NCBI GenBank assembly: GCA_951406725.2
Contig: OX597828.1
Coordinates: 68,634,001 to 68,698,000, forward strand
Reading direction: 5' to 3'
DNA from: Octopus vulgaris
Taxonomy: Eukaryota
Length of the DNA: 64,000 nucleotides
Shown: piece by piece, positions 39,717-55,446 of the stretch
Layout of the letters: each line of letters starts with the position of its first letter
Numbering within the stretch: position 1 is the stretch's first letter
Notes under the pieces: generated by a model
Told to the model about the DNA's origin: nothing
Database searches by the model: none
The model's input: the letters and a program-made list of their open reading frames with translations, nothing else
Program-made: the position numbers and the translations under genes

Positions 39717-40096
39717 GTAGGTCGACAGATTGCTTTACATTTTTTTATTCTCATGTTTTAATTTTTTTTCTTCTATTACCAAAGATTGCTCTATATTCTT
39801 CGTATAAAAAAAAAATTATTCATGTCATTTATTGTACAATGTCCGTGAAAAATGAGTTGTATATAAAAAAAATATTTGAAGCAGAAATGACAGAAACTAC
39901 ATGTAGTAATAGTAGTAGTGATAATAATGATAATAATAATAATAATAATATTAATTAATATTAATAATGATAATAAATGTTAAGATTTTTGAATTGCTTA
40001 TGAATTTGTTTTTTTTTATTCATTTCATACTAACAAATATAATTATTATTAATTAAAGTAGGACTATTATGCTTGACTATATTTGAGTTTAGTCAG

Positions 40097-40147
<51 letters not shown>

Positions 40148-40276
40148 AATTTAAAATGTGGGTGAGAAATTAGATATTAATTTAATTAACATCGATTTCA
40201 CACCAGTGGTCTAGCATATAAAAAAACTGAAGGTTCAGTAAAATTGTATTATATACATATTAGAGGGAATCCTCTA

Positions 40277-40328
<52 letters not shown>

Positions 40329-40576
40329 GTATACATACATGTATACGTACATACGTGGTGTGTGTATATGTGTGTGTATCGAGTCACTACTACAGGTAAA
40401 TGTTCTGTAAAATGTTTTAAAACTTCAAAGTAGCAACAGTTACACGCACACACAGACACGGCAAGCATCAATGTCATCGTAGAAGCGCTGTTAAAATTCA
40501 ATTTAAATTAATTTCATGAAGTGTCAAAAATTTTCATTCAACCAACAATGACCTGATCACTGGTTCAGTACCACTG

Positions 40577-41305
<729 letters not shown>

Positions 41306-42669
41306 ATGTGTGTGTGAATATATATACAGGCATGCATATACGTATCAAGTAAAAGTTCTCTTCGAAAACAGAGTTCGTAAAATATCATCAACCAAAAACA
41401 ATTTCCACGCATTCTTCTGCCTACAGTTTGCTGTCCTTTCGCAGAAAAATAAGAAATACTAGACTTTCTACTCCTCACAGTCATTTACCTTGTTCACATT
41501 TGGTAAACTTTCCTTATATAGATTATATTACTATATTAATATTTGCTTTTATGTTCAGTTATAATAAAAAACAATTTTACATCAAGCTGGTGGGTTACTA
41601 TGTACCCTTGTAGAGTACAAATTTAATATCTTGACTTTAAAGTTTCGGCCAGCTAAGGTATTGTCAAAAAGTTCCTGTCAACAACATTTTTGTATAAGAA
41701 TTACACGCACACAAACACATACACACAAACACACTCACACACACAACCATACATGTACCTATATAATGTGTTTTTTTTATATCTAAAAGCGGCGCTCATT
41801 GACTTAAGACAGGAAATTTAAGTATAATATTTAAAACGGATGAGTTGCTATGACATGGAGTTTCATCAAACTTAATTACACGCACACACGAACCTCACAT
41901 GTTTTAGGAAAATATTTTTTCACAAGAATTGTGTGTAAAAATATTCTTCTTACACGAAGTACAAAAATTAAAAAGTGTGAAAAAGACAACCTGAAACTGC
42001 ACTTAGTTTTTGACATGATTTATTAATATTAACCTAGTAGACGCTATCATGATTTACAAAAGTAATTTGATGCGTAAGGACCTGGGGCCATGTCATATTT
42101 GTCACGACTCTGTGAAACCGGTTAAGTAAATGTGAATAAATCTTTATAAAAACTCCAAGTTTATTTTCAACTTTTCCTTTCTTTCAACACACACACGCAC
42201 AATGTCTGTACAAAAATACAAATAATTAAATGAACCTTACAACACGCATGCCAAAGTTTACTGTGTAATTGTGTAATTAGGCTAAAGGTGCAGACAGGGG
42301 AAAGTTCTTCTTCAGACGTTCGACACATGTGTACCGTGTTGCCTATCTTTACTTTATATAATTAGAAATAGTTTACTAATTACTTGTTTACGCATCCATT
42401 GATGCGTTTATTGATCCACTCATCTCAATTTTTTAATTAAAAATACTCATCTTACGAGACTCTGTTAACCAAGTTACAACCTTCCCCTTTTTACGACAGT
42501 ATGATTTGAAGAAGATTTAGCTGCTATTTTTAGCTGATCGATGATCGTGTAGGAAACATTTTGTTGATTCGTTACGTGTTGATGTTGTTTGGCACCAGAT
42601 GAACTGTGGTGAAGCAGATCAGATGTTCCTGTTTAATCATCGATTATCGTTTGTTTACTTGCTAAATGT

Positions 42670-43170
42670 GGAGGGAGGGACAGCGCCCACGACTGAGGTT
42701 GATGCTGTTAATGTTCTGTTTAAACTGCTATAGGTCAACACATGGAGGAAAGACCAGCGGGAAGGCGATTCTCGGGGGTAAATATTCTGAGGATGAAGGA
42801 TTGGGCATAATGGTTAGTGCGAGCACGGTGTAGATGGTGGCACAGACGAGAGAGAGGGAGATGAGGTTACCTGAGTGATGGGGGTACAAGACCACTTAGC
42901 TCCGAGGAACAGGGATCATTAGAGTAGTGACAGGGAAGACAGAGGAGCAACGATGTCTGTGGACCAGAAACTAAAGTGTGACTGTAAGTGATAACGTACC
43001 AATCAGTGAACCTTTCCTGAATGCGATCCAGCATGTCAGCGTTCGTAGCAGCGGTACTCCAGCGTGGACCACACTCCAGTCTCGAAGAATGTTAACAGCT
43101 GCTAGCATAATGTATAGAAAGCAGAATTATTACCCACATGCACATGTATATTTCCGGAAGAGGGTACCCT
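42670..43170 (-). mobile_element. Decayed LINE 3' end (Jockey/CR1-group RT C-terminus)
   Basis: Minus-strand fragments LDRIQER, CSSELSGLVPP and RARTNHYAQSFI match the end of such LINE ORF2s; many frameshifts. Confidence 0.6.
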
Positions 43171-43726
43171 AGAGTCTTTCACGTGTGATTTGGCAGGTAT
43201 TTAAACTAGATCTACCGGTTTCGTTGGATGTTATTCATAAACTTCCATAATCTCAATGTATTATCCTTTATAAGCTTTCAACAATGTGGTGACCTTATGA
43301 TCTATGATCTATTAATCAATGATGAACCCACTTCCCACAACTTCATTTCAATTTCTAAGAATTTATAAACTCAGTTCTGTTATGGACGTATATATATATA
43401 AAGCACATACACATATAACTCTTTTTTGCTGTCAAAAGCAAAAGTATGCAAAACAAGAAGTCCATTACACTACAGTAACAGCCTAATTTATGACTGCTTT
43501 CTTTTGGAATTGAATGTTTTACTCGAGTGAGTAGGAATCCGTTAGGAGAAATCTCTCTTTTTCTGCACATCAAACGTATAGAAGGGAGGCGCTTACATTC
43601 TTTTATTGTTCTCTCACATAGCATTTCTCGCATAGATATTTCAATATCTTTCATTCAAATTGTATGTATATACATACATATGTGTGTATGTGTGTGTGTA
43701 AGCGCGCGCATACACACACACACATA

Positions 43727-43877
43727 GACGCAAGCGTGGTTGTGTGGTAAGAAACTTGCTTCCCAACCACAGGTTTCCGGGTTCAGTCACACTGCATAAC
43801 ACAATAGGCAAGTATCTTCTACCATAGCCTCCGTCCTGTGAGTGGATTTGGTAGACTGAAACTGAAAAAAGCCCATC

Positions 43878-43879
<2 letters not shown>
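43727..43879 (+). mobile_element. 5' half of SINE family A
   Basis: GTGGTTGTGTGGTAAGAAACTTGCTTCCCAACCAC...GGGTTCAGTC...GTGAGTGGATTTGGTAGAC. Confidence 0.8.
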
Positions 43880-43914
<35 letters not shown>

Positions 43915-43915
<1 letters not shown>

Positions 43916-44599
43916 AATACAAAAAATGGGACAAGGACGCAAAACATCCAGATAGAGATGATACAAAAAAGGGATAACAAAACACCCAGACAGTTAGAGG
44001 ATACAAAAAAGGACAAGAAAAAACAAGGACGGATCATTCAGAGTTCCAGATTATCTTTGCAGTTTCGGCTGGTTATACACGAGACTGCTCCAATCTGGCC
44101 AGCCCCGAGGAGAATCTAAGCTACGAACACTAGATTCCTTGGAAGAAAGCAGCGAGTGTATACGAAAACAAGGACGGGAAAAAAACGGAGAAATGGTACA
44201 CAAATACAAATGTAAACAACAGGACATTAACAACAGATGTCTTTCGACTAAGGACGAAATAAATTAAGCTGGCGTGTGTGGAAGTGAAGCCTTACGGCAG
44301 GGACATAACAGGCATGGGAAGGAATATATATGGATGGTAGTCGAACAAAGAAAGAAAGATCGGGCTTGGCCGAACATCGGTCACGTGGAGAGAGAGGAGA
44401 GAGGTAGAGGCAGAGGGAGAGAAGAATTAGGGAGGCACGAGAAAAAACGAAAAGGGACAGAGTGAAGTAAGTACAAAAAATGGGTCAAGAGCGCAAAACA
44501 TCCAGACAGTTAGATGTTACAAAAAAGGGACAAGAAAAGCAAGGACGGGTCATTCGGAGTGGTTATACTCGAGACTGCTCCAATTCGGCCAGCCCCATA

Positions 44600-44600
<1 letters not shown>
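43915..44600. mobile_element. TA-embedded repeat with a partial terminal direct repeat (pLTR-like)
   Basis: 43917-44106 is repeated, with deletions, at 44471-44596. Confidence 0.55.
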
Positions 44601-44654
<54 letters not shown>

Positions 44655-44662
44655 CATATATA

Positions 44663-44695
<33 letters not shown>

Positions 44696-44856
44696 TCGTT
44701 TTGCAAGATTTCTGGTGTGAAATCGTGTATTGAAACAGATATTGTTGTATTTTGGGACGGGCATTTTTTTCTTACCAAATGAACACACGCTCTATATATA
44801 TATTTTCACTGGTTTATTACTTTTCTTATTTTACTGTTTTAACTCATGTCCATTGT

Positions 44857-44898
44857 TTGCAAATTTTTCGTCACGCATCTGTGACCTCTTCAGCAGCA
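44857..44898 (-). ncRNA. Hammerhead-like motif related to 12128-12172
   Basis: Minus strand CUGAAGA-g-GUCAC-agaugc-GUGAC-GAAA; stems I and III poorly formed; flank resembles 12020-12120. Confidence 0.45.
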
Positions 44899-45139
44899 CT
44901 CTTTGTTTTCGTGTGTGTTCTTGCTCCACTTACTCCATTCTGTTCTCCCCTATGTTTGTATATATATATGTGTTTATATACGTATGTATATATACGTATA
45001 TATGTATATGTATGTATGTATGTATGAATATATATATATACACACACATACACATACACTCTCATATTTTGAGTTCTGTATCGCCTGTTTCCTTTACGAG
45101 ACAGATCTACAATGTATGTGCGTGTGTGTGTGTGCCTTC

Positions 45140-45185
<46 letters not shown>

Positions 45186-45352
45186 ATTAGAGGGAAACCA
45201 CTATGTGGACACCCTTATGCTAGAAATAGATCTGCTATGGTCTTACCATTAAGAAATGTTCTCAAGAAAAATTTAGCAAAACAACTAATATGTTAGACTG
45301 CTGGTGTGAAATCGATGTTAAATTAATATCTAATTTCTCACCCTCATTTTCA

Positions 45353-45425
<73 letters not shown>

Positions 45426-45472
45426 CATACATATATATATATATATACATATATATATTTATAAACGTATCT

Positions 45473-45712
45473 CGTTGCTATTATGTTAAACTGTCGTATG
45501 TCCAATTTTGGGCAAATACGTTTTTTTTTCAATATTTATTTTAGCTTGCAATAACCGATTCTTTTGGTCGAACTACAGTATCTCCAGCTGAGTCAGATAT
45601 AAAAAATTCTCAAAGTGCAGTACAGCAGGTTTACTATAGAATGGTGAACCTATTTTTTCGTCTTTAGAAAAAGCAAAGTTTTGAATTTACGACAATTTTG
45701 CATAGTAGCAAA
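45473..45712. mobile_element. MITE, same family as 34570-34956
   Basis: CGTTGCTATTATGTTAAACTGTCGTATGTCCAA ... TTTACGACAATTTTGCATAGTAGCAAA; internal match TTCTTTTGGTC.AACTA...TATCTCCAGCTG. Confidence 0.7.
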
Positions 45713-45728
45713 AATATATACATACATG

Positions 45729-45762
<34 letters not shown>

Positions 45763-45814
45763 CACTTATATATATATGTGTATGAGTGTGCATGAGTGTG
45801 TATATGTATATATA

Positions 45815-45847
<33 letters not shown>

Positions 45848-45850
45848 GTG

Positions 45851-46243
45851 TTGGCTGTGTGGTAAGTAGCTTGTTTACCAACCACATGCTTCCGGGTTCA
45901 GTCCCACTGCGTGGCACCTTGGCCAAGTGTCTTCTACTATAGCCTCGGGCCGACCAAAGCCTTGTGAGTGGATTTGGTAGATGGAAACTAAAAGAAGCCT
46001 GAAGTATATATGTATATATTTATGCGTGTGTGTGTTTGTGTGTCTGTGTTTATCCCCCCAACATTGCTTGACAATCGATGCTGGTGTGTTTATGTCCCCG
46101 TCACTTAGCGGTTCGGCAAAATAGACCGATAGAATAAGTACTGGGCTTACAATGAATAAGTCCCATGGTTGAGTTGCTCGATTAAAGGCGGTGCTCCAGC
46201 ATGGCCGCAGTCAAATGACTGAAACAAGTAAAAGAGTAAAAGA

Positions 46244-46245
<2 letters not shown>
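45851..46245 (+). mobile_element. Near full-length SINE family A
   Basis: Very close to 33949-34360 along its length. Confidence 0.9.
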
Positions 46246-46282
<37 letters not shown>

Positions 46283-46320
46283 GTATATATATGTATATGT
46301 ATATATATATACGTATATAC

Positions 46321-46472
46321 ATGACAGATCTCTCGTCATTAAACCTTTTTTATTTTTTCTCTGTTTATTTGTGTTCCTTTCTGTTGAAGAGCGTGGGCTC
46401 GAAACGTAAAAGTCTTTCTCAATTCCCGAGCGTTAAACTAATAAATCTGTCGTTTGTTTTGTTTGTTTTTTT
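46321..46472 (+). mobile_element. Family H short repeat (variant hammerhead-like motif at 46377-46412)
   Basis: CTTT-CTGTTGAA-GAGCgtggGCTC-GAAA-CG-TA-AAAG. Confidence 0.75.
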
Positions 46473-46659
46473 CTAAATTCCAGCTATATATACATATATA
46501 TGCATATATATATGTATATATGTGTGTATGTATATATGTATACATATAGATGTATATATGTATGTATGCATATTTGTATGTATATATATGTATATATGTA
46601 TACATATGTATATATATGTGTGTTGAATATATGTATATATATATATATGCATATACATG

Positions 46660-47114
46660 TGTTAAGTCCTATTTGGGGTGAAAAATCAATAAACTGATTC
46701 CTTATGGGGTTTTCCATTTAATCAGAATAAAAAAAAATCGATAAACCAATTCCTTATAGGATTTCCCACTAAAATTGGCTACACCCCATTTTCAACCATA
46801 ACGTCTACCAATTTTGATGTATTTTGTTCAAACTTGATGCCAGCATTGCTTAGGACTCATGGGATCTTTGAATGCTTTTAGTTCTCCAAAAACGAAAAAA
46901 AAAAAACAGTCGATGAGTGGGAAAAATCGATAAACCGATTCCTTATGGGATTTCCCAATCAAATTTTCTGCAAAATTTCACCCAAAAGTTTACCAATTTC
47001 AGCGGATTTCACTTAAATTTGACGTCGGCGTTACTTATTTTGCTTTGAAATTAAGAGCTTGATTATCTTAATAATCCTAACTTAATCCCGAGCAAAGCAG
47101 GCCTATACTGCTAG
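46660..47114 (+). mobile_element. Non-autonomous Helitron 3' part
   Basis: Ends CCCGAGCAAAGCAGGCCTATACTGCTAG|T, similar to the end of 8230-8615; internal ~35-bp repeat AAAATC.ATAAAC..ATTCCTTAT.GG.TTT in 3 copies. Confidence 0.65.
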
Positions 47115-47146
<32 letters not shown>

Positions 47147-47216
47147 CATACATACATACATTCATACATACATACATAAATAAATACATACATACATACA
47201 TACATACATACATACA

Positions 47217-47276
<60 letters not shown>

Positions 47277-47630
47277 TACATATATAAATAAAATATATGT
47301 AGTTATGTAGTCATATGTAGTGAGTCTCCTCTGACTTTACGTTCTGAGTTCAAATTCCTGCGTGGTGGACTTTCCCTTTCATCCTTTCGATATAAGATAA
47401 AACTAAACATCAGTCAAGAGCTGGGGGTTGATGTAATTGACCCCCTCCCCTCAAAAGCCGTTTGCCTTGTGCTGATATTTGAAACCATTACATGTAATTT
47501 TTCTGCAGTACGCCCAGTCAGACAGATAGACATACAGACACACTCACACCCACCCACCCACACACCACATCAACACCCACACACCACATCAACACCCACA
47601 CACCACATCAACCTCCCACACACATATATG

Positions 47631-47664
<34 letters not shown>

Positions 47665-47680
47665 CAGACAGACAGAGAGA

Positions 47681-47866
47681 GGGAGAGTTTACGAAAAAAC
47701 AAAAGACGAAGACAGGTGGTGTACAAAACAAACAAATGTATTAGTATAACGCTCAGGAATAGAAAAAAGTCTTTTACGTTTCGAGCCTACGCTCTTCTAC
47801 AGAAAGGGACACAGAAAAAACAAGGAGAGAAAAAATGTGTGCAGTGGCTAACGATCTATGATGGCA
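47681..47866 (-). mobile_element. Family H short repeat (motif at 47771-47806)
   Basis: Minus strand CTTT-CTGTAGAA-GAGCgtagGCTC-GAAA-CG-TA-AAAG. Confidence 0.8.
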
Positions 47867-47867
47867 A

Positions 47868-47920
<53 letters not shown>

Positions 47921-47927
<7 letters not shown>

Positions 47928-48047
47928 AATCTCATCATTCTGTGTATTTTGTAATAATGCCACAAAATGCAGTATATATATATATATATATATATGTAAA
48001 TCTCATCATTCTGTGTATTTTGTAATAATGCCACAAAATGCAGTATA
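47921..48047. repeat. Tandem duplication (period 71) separated by (TA)n
   Basis: ATGTAAATCTCATCATTCTGTGTATTTTGTAATAATGCCACAAAATGCAGTATAT twice. Confidence 0.9.
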
Positions 48048-49188
48048 TTTAAGAGACCAAAAAAAGTAAGATGCAAAAGAGATATTTTCTTTAAACTTGG
48101 CATGAAGGAAGAAGACTATTTGGTTTCTCAAGAAGGTTTTTTTGCCTTAACTTCGTTTAACAAAACCAAAAATTTTATTGAAGTAAAGGCATGCTTAATT
48201 ACTTTTTAATGAAAAGAAAACACTGATTGCTCTTTATTCAGGAAAGAAAATAATATTTTCTTGCTAATAAATGATTTACCAAGTTTGTATTCTCCCAGTC
48301 AACAACCTTATCCTTACTGGTACTTGAAACTCTTCGGTTGCATATTTGTGTGAATAAAATCGTTTTTCTTTGGAACAGAGAAAAAAATCTATCTTTAATT
48401 CTTCTTTTGCTGGTGTCTCAAATTTAGGTTAAATCAGTGTTTCTCAAAGGAGAGGCCTATGGGACGGTCGGACAAGTTGTTTTGAGAAAACTTGGTTTAA
48501 ATGTTTGACAACTCAGCACCGTCCATTGAACCGAAGCGTTTTGCTCGTAACTATATAAACGATTTGTACCTATTTTTGATATATTATTCGCATGGTCATC
48601 ATGCACTACGTTTAGAATTTCGAACTAATCAGGTGCTGTTCAAACGGTTGAGAATAAAAAATTAACAAAAAAACACACACACACAGGCATAAACGTAAGT
48701 ACACATACATACATGTGTGTGCTGCTTTTCAATTTGGCTTACAAGAATTTGGTTTTGAAACCGTGTATTGAAAACCAGATTGTAGTTTAGCGGCCTGATA
48801 ATGTGAATAGAACAACGTTTGGAGTAACACCAACCACATCCACCACTAACCAATAACTCAAGAAGAAGGATTAAAACAAGTTTAAAATCAACTGAAGTCA
48901 GCCATCGTACATTATATTCACAAATACACATTCACAGGCAACTTAAATGCCCATGCAGTCTCTCTTTCTCTCTCTCTCTCGCTTGGCAATATTTACACGA
49001 ATACACGAAGGGAAACAAAATTAGCTCCCAAAAAGAAATCATTGAAGAGACGACAGTAGTGCTAGGACAAACTTATGACAAATTAATCAATAATTAACTG
49101 ATTGCTAGATTCGTTAGTAATCAATTAATTAAAACCAGTTAACTAAAATCAGATTTTGTAAATTTTACCGCAATATTACTCTCTAAGA

Positions 49189-49800
<612 letters not shown>

Positions 49801-49840
49801 CTGCCTCCCTGTCTGTCTGTCTGTATATCTGCCTGTCTAG

Positions 49841-49873
<33 letters not shown>

Positions 49874-50596
49874 CATATATATAAACATTCATATATATTA
49901 GATATAAATCGTACTAAGTTTTATAACTGTTTTAATCCTCATACACATATATGTGTGCGTCGTCTAAGCTTGCATGCATACCTTTGTATGTGTGTGTATG
50001 TGTGTGTGTGTGAGTGTGTGTGTGTGGGAGTGTGTACGTGTGTGTGTGCGCGCGCGCATATATAATGAACAGTTTCATTGGAAAGACTTCCCCCCCCACA
50101 TGTGAGCTGTGGTGAAAATGTAAAAAGAAAATGTGGTTTTTATATTTTTTTAATGCTTTATTTTTGACTGCATTAGACAAGATTCGCACATTAGAATTAG
50201 AGAACTCAGCACCATTTTCTAGCAGAGTAAAATGAAAATATGTTGAAGTCAATGCTGAAAGATTTCAGCTTATGTTTGCCTTTGAATTTGTTTGCAACAT
50301 TGGTTGGTAAAATTATATATACGCTGTATGCGTTTTTGAGCCTATAACATTGCGTGAAAGAATGACATTCGGTTAGAATATTTACTTTGCTGAATTTAAA
50401 ATTAATGTGGTTATATCATCACAGATAAATTTATACTCCGAGTAAATGTCATCAGGAATACTGCGAACAAATTGTATTGGATGCATAGAAGAAAGGCGGA
50501 TGGATATGAAAACCTACAATTTATACAGCACTGACTATTCTGGCAAATATATATTCTTTAGCCTACTTTGCTTTACTCTCCTAATTAACTCATATA

Positions 50597-50822
50597 ATTG
50601 ATGGTCGAAAGTGTAAACTAATTGACTATTAATCAATGGTTAGTAATAGATTAATTTTCATTTTAATATACCATTAATGATCGAAAGTGTAAACTAATTG
50701 ACTATTAATCAATGGTTAGTAATAGAATAATTTTCATTTTAATATACCATTAATGATCGAAAGTGTAAACTAATTGACTATTAATCAATGGTTAGTAATA
50801 GATTAATTTTCATTTTAATATA
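50597..50822. repeat. 76-bp minisatellite, ~3 copies
   Basis: TCGAAAGTGTAAACTAATTGAC at 50605, 50681 and 50757. Confidence 0.92.
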
Positions 50823-52018
50823 GTATGATTCTCTTAAATCAATTATCCAAATTTAGACCAATAACCACTTCTAAAATTAAGTATGCAAGTAAACCTTTTG
50901 GTTTTACTATGCGAAACATATTAAAATATTTTTGTATATATAAAAATAAATAAATCTGCAAATATAATATTACTGTACTTCACAAATAATTCTTGAATTA
51001 AACCGGATTACGCGCTGAAAGTTGTCCCCTGCCAATCACTGACAATCAAATGGCTTCTTTTTTCCATAGCATGTAAAAATACTCAAACATTTATTCTTAA
51101 TTTCTTGAAATTAATGTCCATTCTTCAAAGTCGTTTCCAATTGCGGTAAGGCTGTTGTTTTCAGCCTCTCTGTCTCAGCAAAATTTCAATAAGTAAAGAA
51201 TATATTACTTGAAGCATTAAATACATCCAACATAATTATCTAAATTCCTAAATTGTTGTTTATATATATATATATATATACACACTCACATACATACATA
51301 TGTACGTATAGATGTATGTACATATTCGTATGTATATATATATATATATATTATTGATATTATCGTATGATTGAACGCCACGTATCCTCTTCCAAGTAAG
51401 TTTTATCTTAATGTGATGCGCACTCTATACGAACTTATCCTTTTTCGTTTTTCTCTCTTTCTATCTTTTATTCTTTTACCTTTTATTCTCTTTCTTCACT
51501 ATTCTATCCGATTATTCTGTTACTCTCTCTCCCTCACTCCCCCTCTCTTGCTCACGTAGCTCCTACGTGACCATCGGCCATCTTTCTTTCTTTTCTTCTC
51601 CTAACTTGTGTTTCTTTCCTTCTCTCCGTTGTAGCTGGAACAAGGAAGATATGTTCTTGTCCGTCTCCTGTCCAAGTTTGATTTACGCGTTCGCCACCAC
51701 AATTTCCTTTAGGTTTAGCAGCCCTTCCTGTTTGTTTTCACTGTCCTGTTTGCGTTACCAATTTTGACCCTCCGCAAAATCCCAAATTTTATTTAATTTG
51801 CGTTGCGGGTGCAACTGTTTTATCGAAAGCGTATATTGTTGAGAAATGCTCGAAATACGAGATTAGAAAAAACAGCCAACAAATGATGAAGGGTCATTCT
51901 TTATGTCGTTTGTCTTGTTTTCCATTTGTGCCTTTTGTTGTTCGAAAAAATAGTTCCTATTCTATGTATTCATACTTCGTATTTTTTGCTGTACACATTT
52001 CATGACATCCTATATAAA

Positions 52019-52055
<37 letters not shown>

Positions 52056-52154
52056 GTATAGATGTAAGTATCTACATATACGTATGTATATATGCATATA
52101 TATATTATTTATAGTATATATATATATATACACACACAACAAACACCTATTTAT

Positions 52155-52213
<59 letters not shown>

Positions 52214-52231
52214 CATGCATATATATATAAA

Positions 52232-52410
52232 TCTTGAAACATTTCTTTTCTCTCTCCGTTTTTATCGTTTACTTTCCATTTTTTCTCTCTCTATCTTTAC
52301 TGTGGAAGAACGTAGGCCCGAAACGTCAAAGACTTTCTCATTCTTCCCGAGCGTCAAACTTAATACACCTGCTTGTTCCCTCATCTGCCTTCATCCTTTG
52401 TTTTTAATAC
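52232..52410 (+). mobile_element. Family H subfamily copy (motif at 52294-52332, GUC site)
   Basis: TCTTT-a-CTGTGGAA-GAACgtagGCCC-GAAA-CG-TC-AAAGA. Confidence 0.65.
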
Positions 52411-52582
52411 TTTTACTTAAAGAGGGAATGTCAGTGACTTCAAAGGTTAGCTGAAAGTTAGAAATGAGTGTCATCACTCTTGTAAAAATATCGAGTACAT
52501 CTTTGGTATTTTTTAAAAATTATAACTGTACAAAACAATCTCTCCTTCCCTCTCTCTCTTTCTCTCTCTCTATCTATCTATA

Positions 52583-52633
<51 letters not shown>

Positions 52634-52637
<4 letters not shown>

Positions 52638-52797
52638 AGAGTTTACGAAAAAAACAAAAGACGAAGACAGGTGGTGTACAAAACAAACATATGTATTTGT
52701 ATAACGCTCAGGAATAGAAAAAGTCTTTTACGTTTCGAGCCTACGCTCTTCTACAGAAAGGGGCACAGAAAAAACAAGGAGAGAAACAAGGAGAGAA
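52634..52797 (-). mobile_element. Family H short repeat (motif at 52725-52760)
   Basis: Motif identical to the 47771 copy; flanked by (TA)n. Confidence 0.8.
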
Positions 52798-52811
52798 ATA
52801 TATATATATAT

Positions 52812-53286
52812 ATCAGAAATATTAAATTTCTAAATCTCTCATAGAGATATGTCCGGTGGTGGGGCGATAGAATGGTTGTATACTGTCAATCTAACGTGAA
52901 CGTGACAGTAGGGGGTTACACCACCGCTGTTTAGCCTAGGAAGCATCGACGCTTCCTGATGGCTTTGACACATTTTTCCTGTGTCCTTATATACATTTAC
53001 GAAGGGGAGACAAACACCCCCAGCAGCCAGGCCTGCATCTAGAGACACGCATGTTTCAGGATCATTGTCCATCATTGGTCTAGAGTAGCAGACGCCCGCC
53101 AGCCGAGAATATCTGTCCCGACTCGCAAATGTATATATCTAATTTCAGTGAAGTTTATTCACTGATTACCAAAATCAGAAATATTAAATTTCTAAATCTC
53201 TCATAGAGATATGTACGGTGGTGGGGCTAAACAGCAGTGGTGTAACCCCCTACTGTCACGTTCACGTTAGATTGACAGTATACAAC

Positions 53287-53294
<8 letters not shown>
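52812..53294. mobile_element. TA-embedded element with a direct plus inverted terminal duplication
   Basis: 52812-52865 matches 53174-53227 (direct, 1 mismatch); 52867-52936 is the reverse complement of 53225-53294 (1 mismatch). Confidence 0.75.
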
Positions 53295-53364
<70 letters not shown>

Positions 53365-54279
53365 ATTTATATACATGTACACACATCTACAGTGAATTTA
53401 ACTATCCCTTAGTTTACCATAGTAGTTTATACCATTATAATGACGGTTAAAACGCAAAAATACCTTGTGGTATCTGTTCCGCCTCTTTACACTATGTTCA
53501 AATCAACGCGAGATAAATTTTGTTGTAAAGCGCAGTAGTCCAGTACAGAGGTCAGTGTAGTTCTCTCTCCGGTAATGGACCATCCAGATAATGTCTTTGT
53601 CCAGAAATAGATTATGTATCTCAAGAAAAAAAAAAAAGAAACTGTTGTGTTTCTAGAACTGTCCAATAACAGGAAGAAAAATACAACGTACATCAGGATT
53701 CGGATACAAGAAGTTGACAGGTACATTATCACCCGGATTATATGTTGGATCGACTCAAACGGGAATTGAACTCAGAGCATAAAGTATTATAACAAAATGC
53801 AGCCTACCATTTTGTCTGCCGCACCACCAATTACCTCCATCTTCTGCTCTCCTCGCTTTTATTAATAATATCATTTGACAAGGAATTAGGTTGAAGATCT
53901 GTAAAGGAAGAAAAATGGGAATATAACTTTGATGCTTTTTTCTCAAAGAGATTTCTAGCGTTAGTGAAGCGAAATAGGTTTAACATGGAAATAATAGAAA
54001 AAAGGAGGAGGTACAAGCAAAGAGACAAAAAGAAAATTATGTATAAAATGCCGAACAAAGCGATCACTGACATGAACAATAGGATTTCCTGTTATAGAAT
54101 TGTACTTTGGATTTATAGAATAAACTACAATAAAGCGATTGATATGTAGACCAAGAACTGCGGTCACGCGTGATCACCCGCTCTACAAGAAACAGCAGTC
54201 TAATGTCCTAAAACTTCTCTCTACTGTCTTGTGAAAGATGCTTTTGACAATGCTGTGTGTGAGAAGGAATAAAAAAATA

Positions 54280-54700
<421 letters not shown>

Positions 54701-55411
54701 CACACACAGTTTCCTTCCAAAATGTATAGTACCAGCCTATGGTGTCAGTAATCCATTGTTATATTGCACCCAAGTCAGTTTGCCGAAAAAACCTATAGCA
54801 TCTAAGGTACAGTTTAATATCGTCTGCATATTTTAATACAGCAATACACTTCGAGTTGGCATTTATTTCGTTAATATAAGCAAAAAACAACATAGAACAG
54901 AGAACAAATCTCTGCAGCACCTCAGATGAGTGTTGAATGCTCTCTTGGTATCGTGACTACTTCTTTTTATTGAGAACGAAGAATTGCAACAAGTTATAAA
55001 GATTAAGCCTCATGCACATTGCACAGAGCTTCGACATAACTCGTTTATGTGATATAGCATGAAAGACCTCGGTGAAGTCGTGATCAAGAAATTTGGTGAG
55101 CTGGTTACAACAGCTGGATTTAGGGATAATTCCAAACTATGAGGGTCGAATAAGATTATGAGTTTCAGAAATTCCGAAGTGCCTTTCTGGTATAATTTTG
55201 TAATGTAGTTTGTGCGACTGACAACACAATAATGCATTTTTCATTTTAAATATGTTCTGACGGATTCGAACTTGAATATACTGATGACTGTTGTATTTCG
55301 TTTATTGTGTAGTTGTAACACACGCAATTCCTTGATGTAAGGGGACTTTGCATTGGATCAAGGAAATTAAACAAACACAAGTACATACGCACCATCAATT
55401 AATTGACCTTT

Positions 55412-55442
<31 letters not shown>

Positions 55443-55446
<4 letters not shown>

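Noticed and set aside
39717-39958. Remainder of the 103-aa ORF after the signal peptide
   Set aside because: T-rich intron-like sequence and (AAT)n after a strong donor; treated as intron read-through
44055-44115. Minus-strand GGCTGG...CCAGCC-GAAAC stem resembling hammerhead stem II
   Set aside because: No CUGANGA-like core upstream of the stem in this copy
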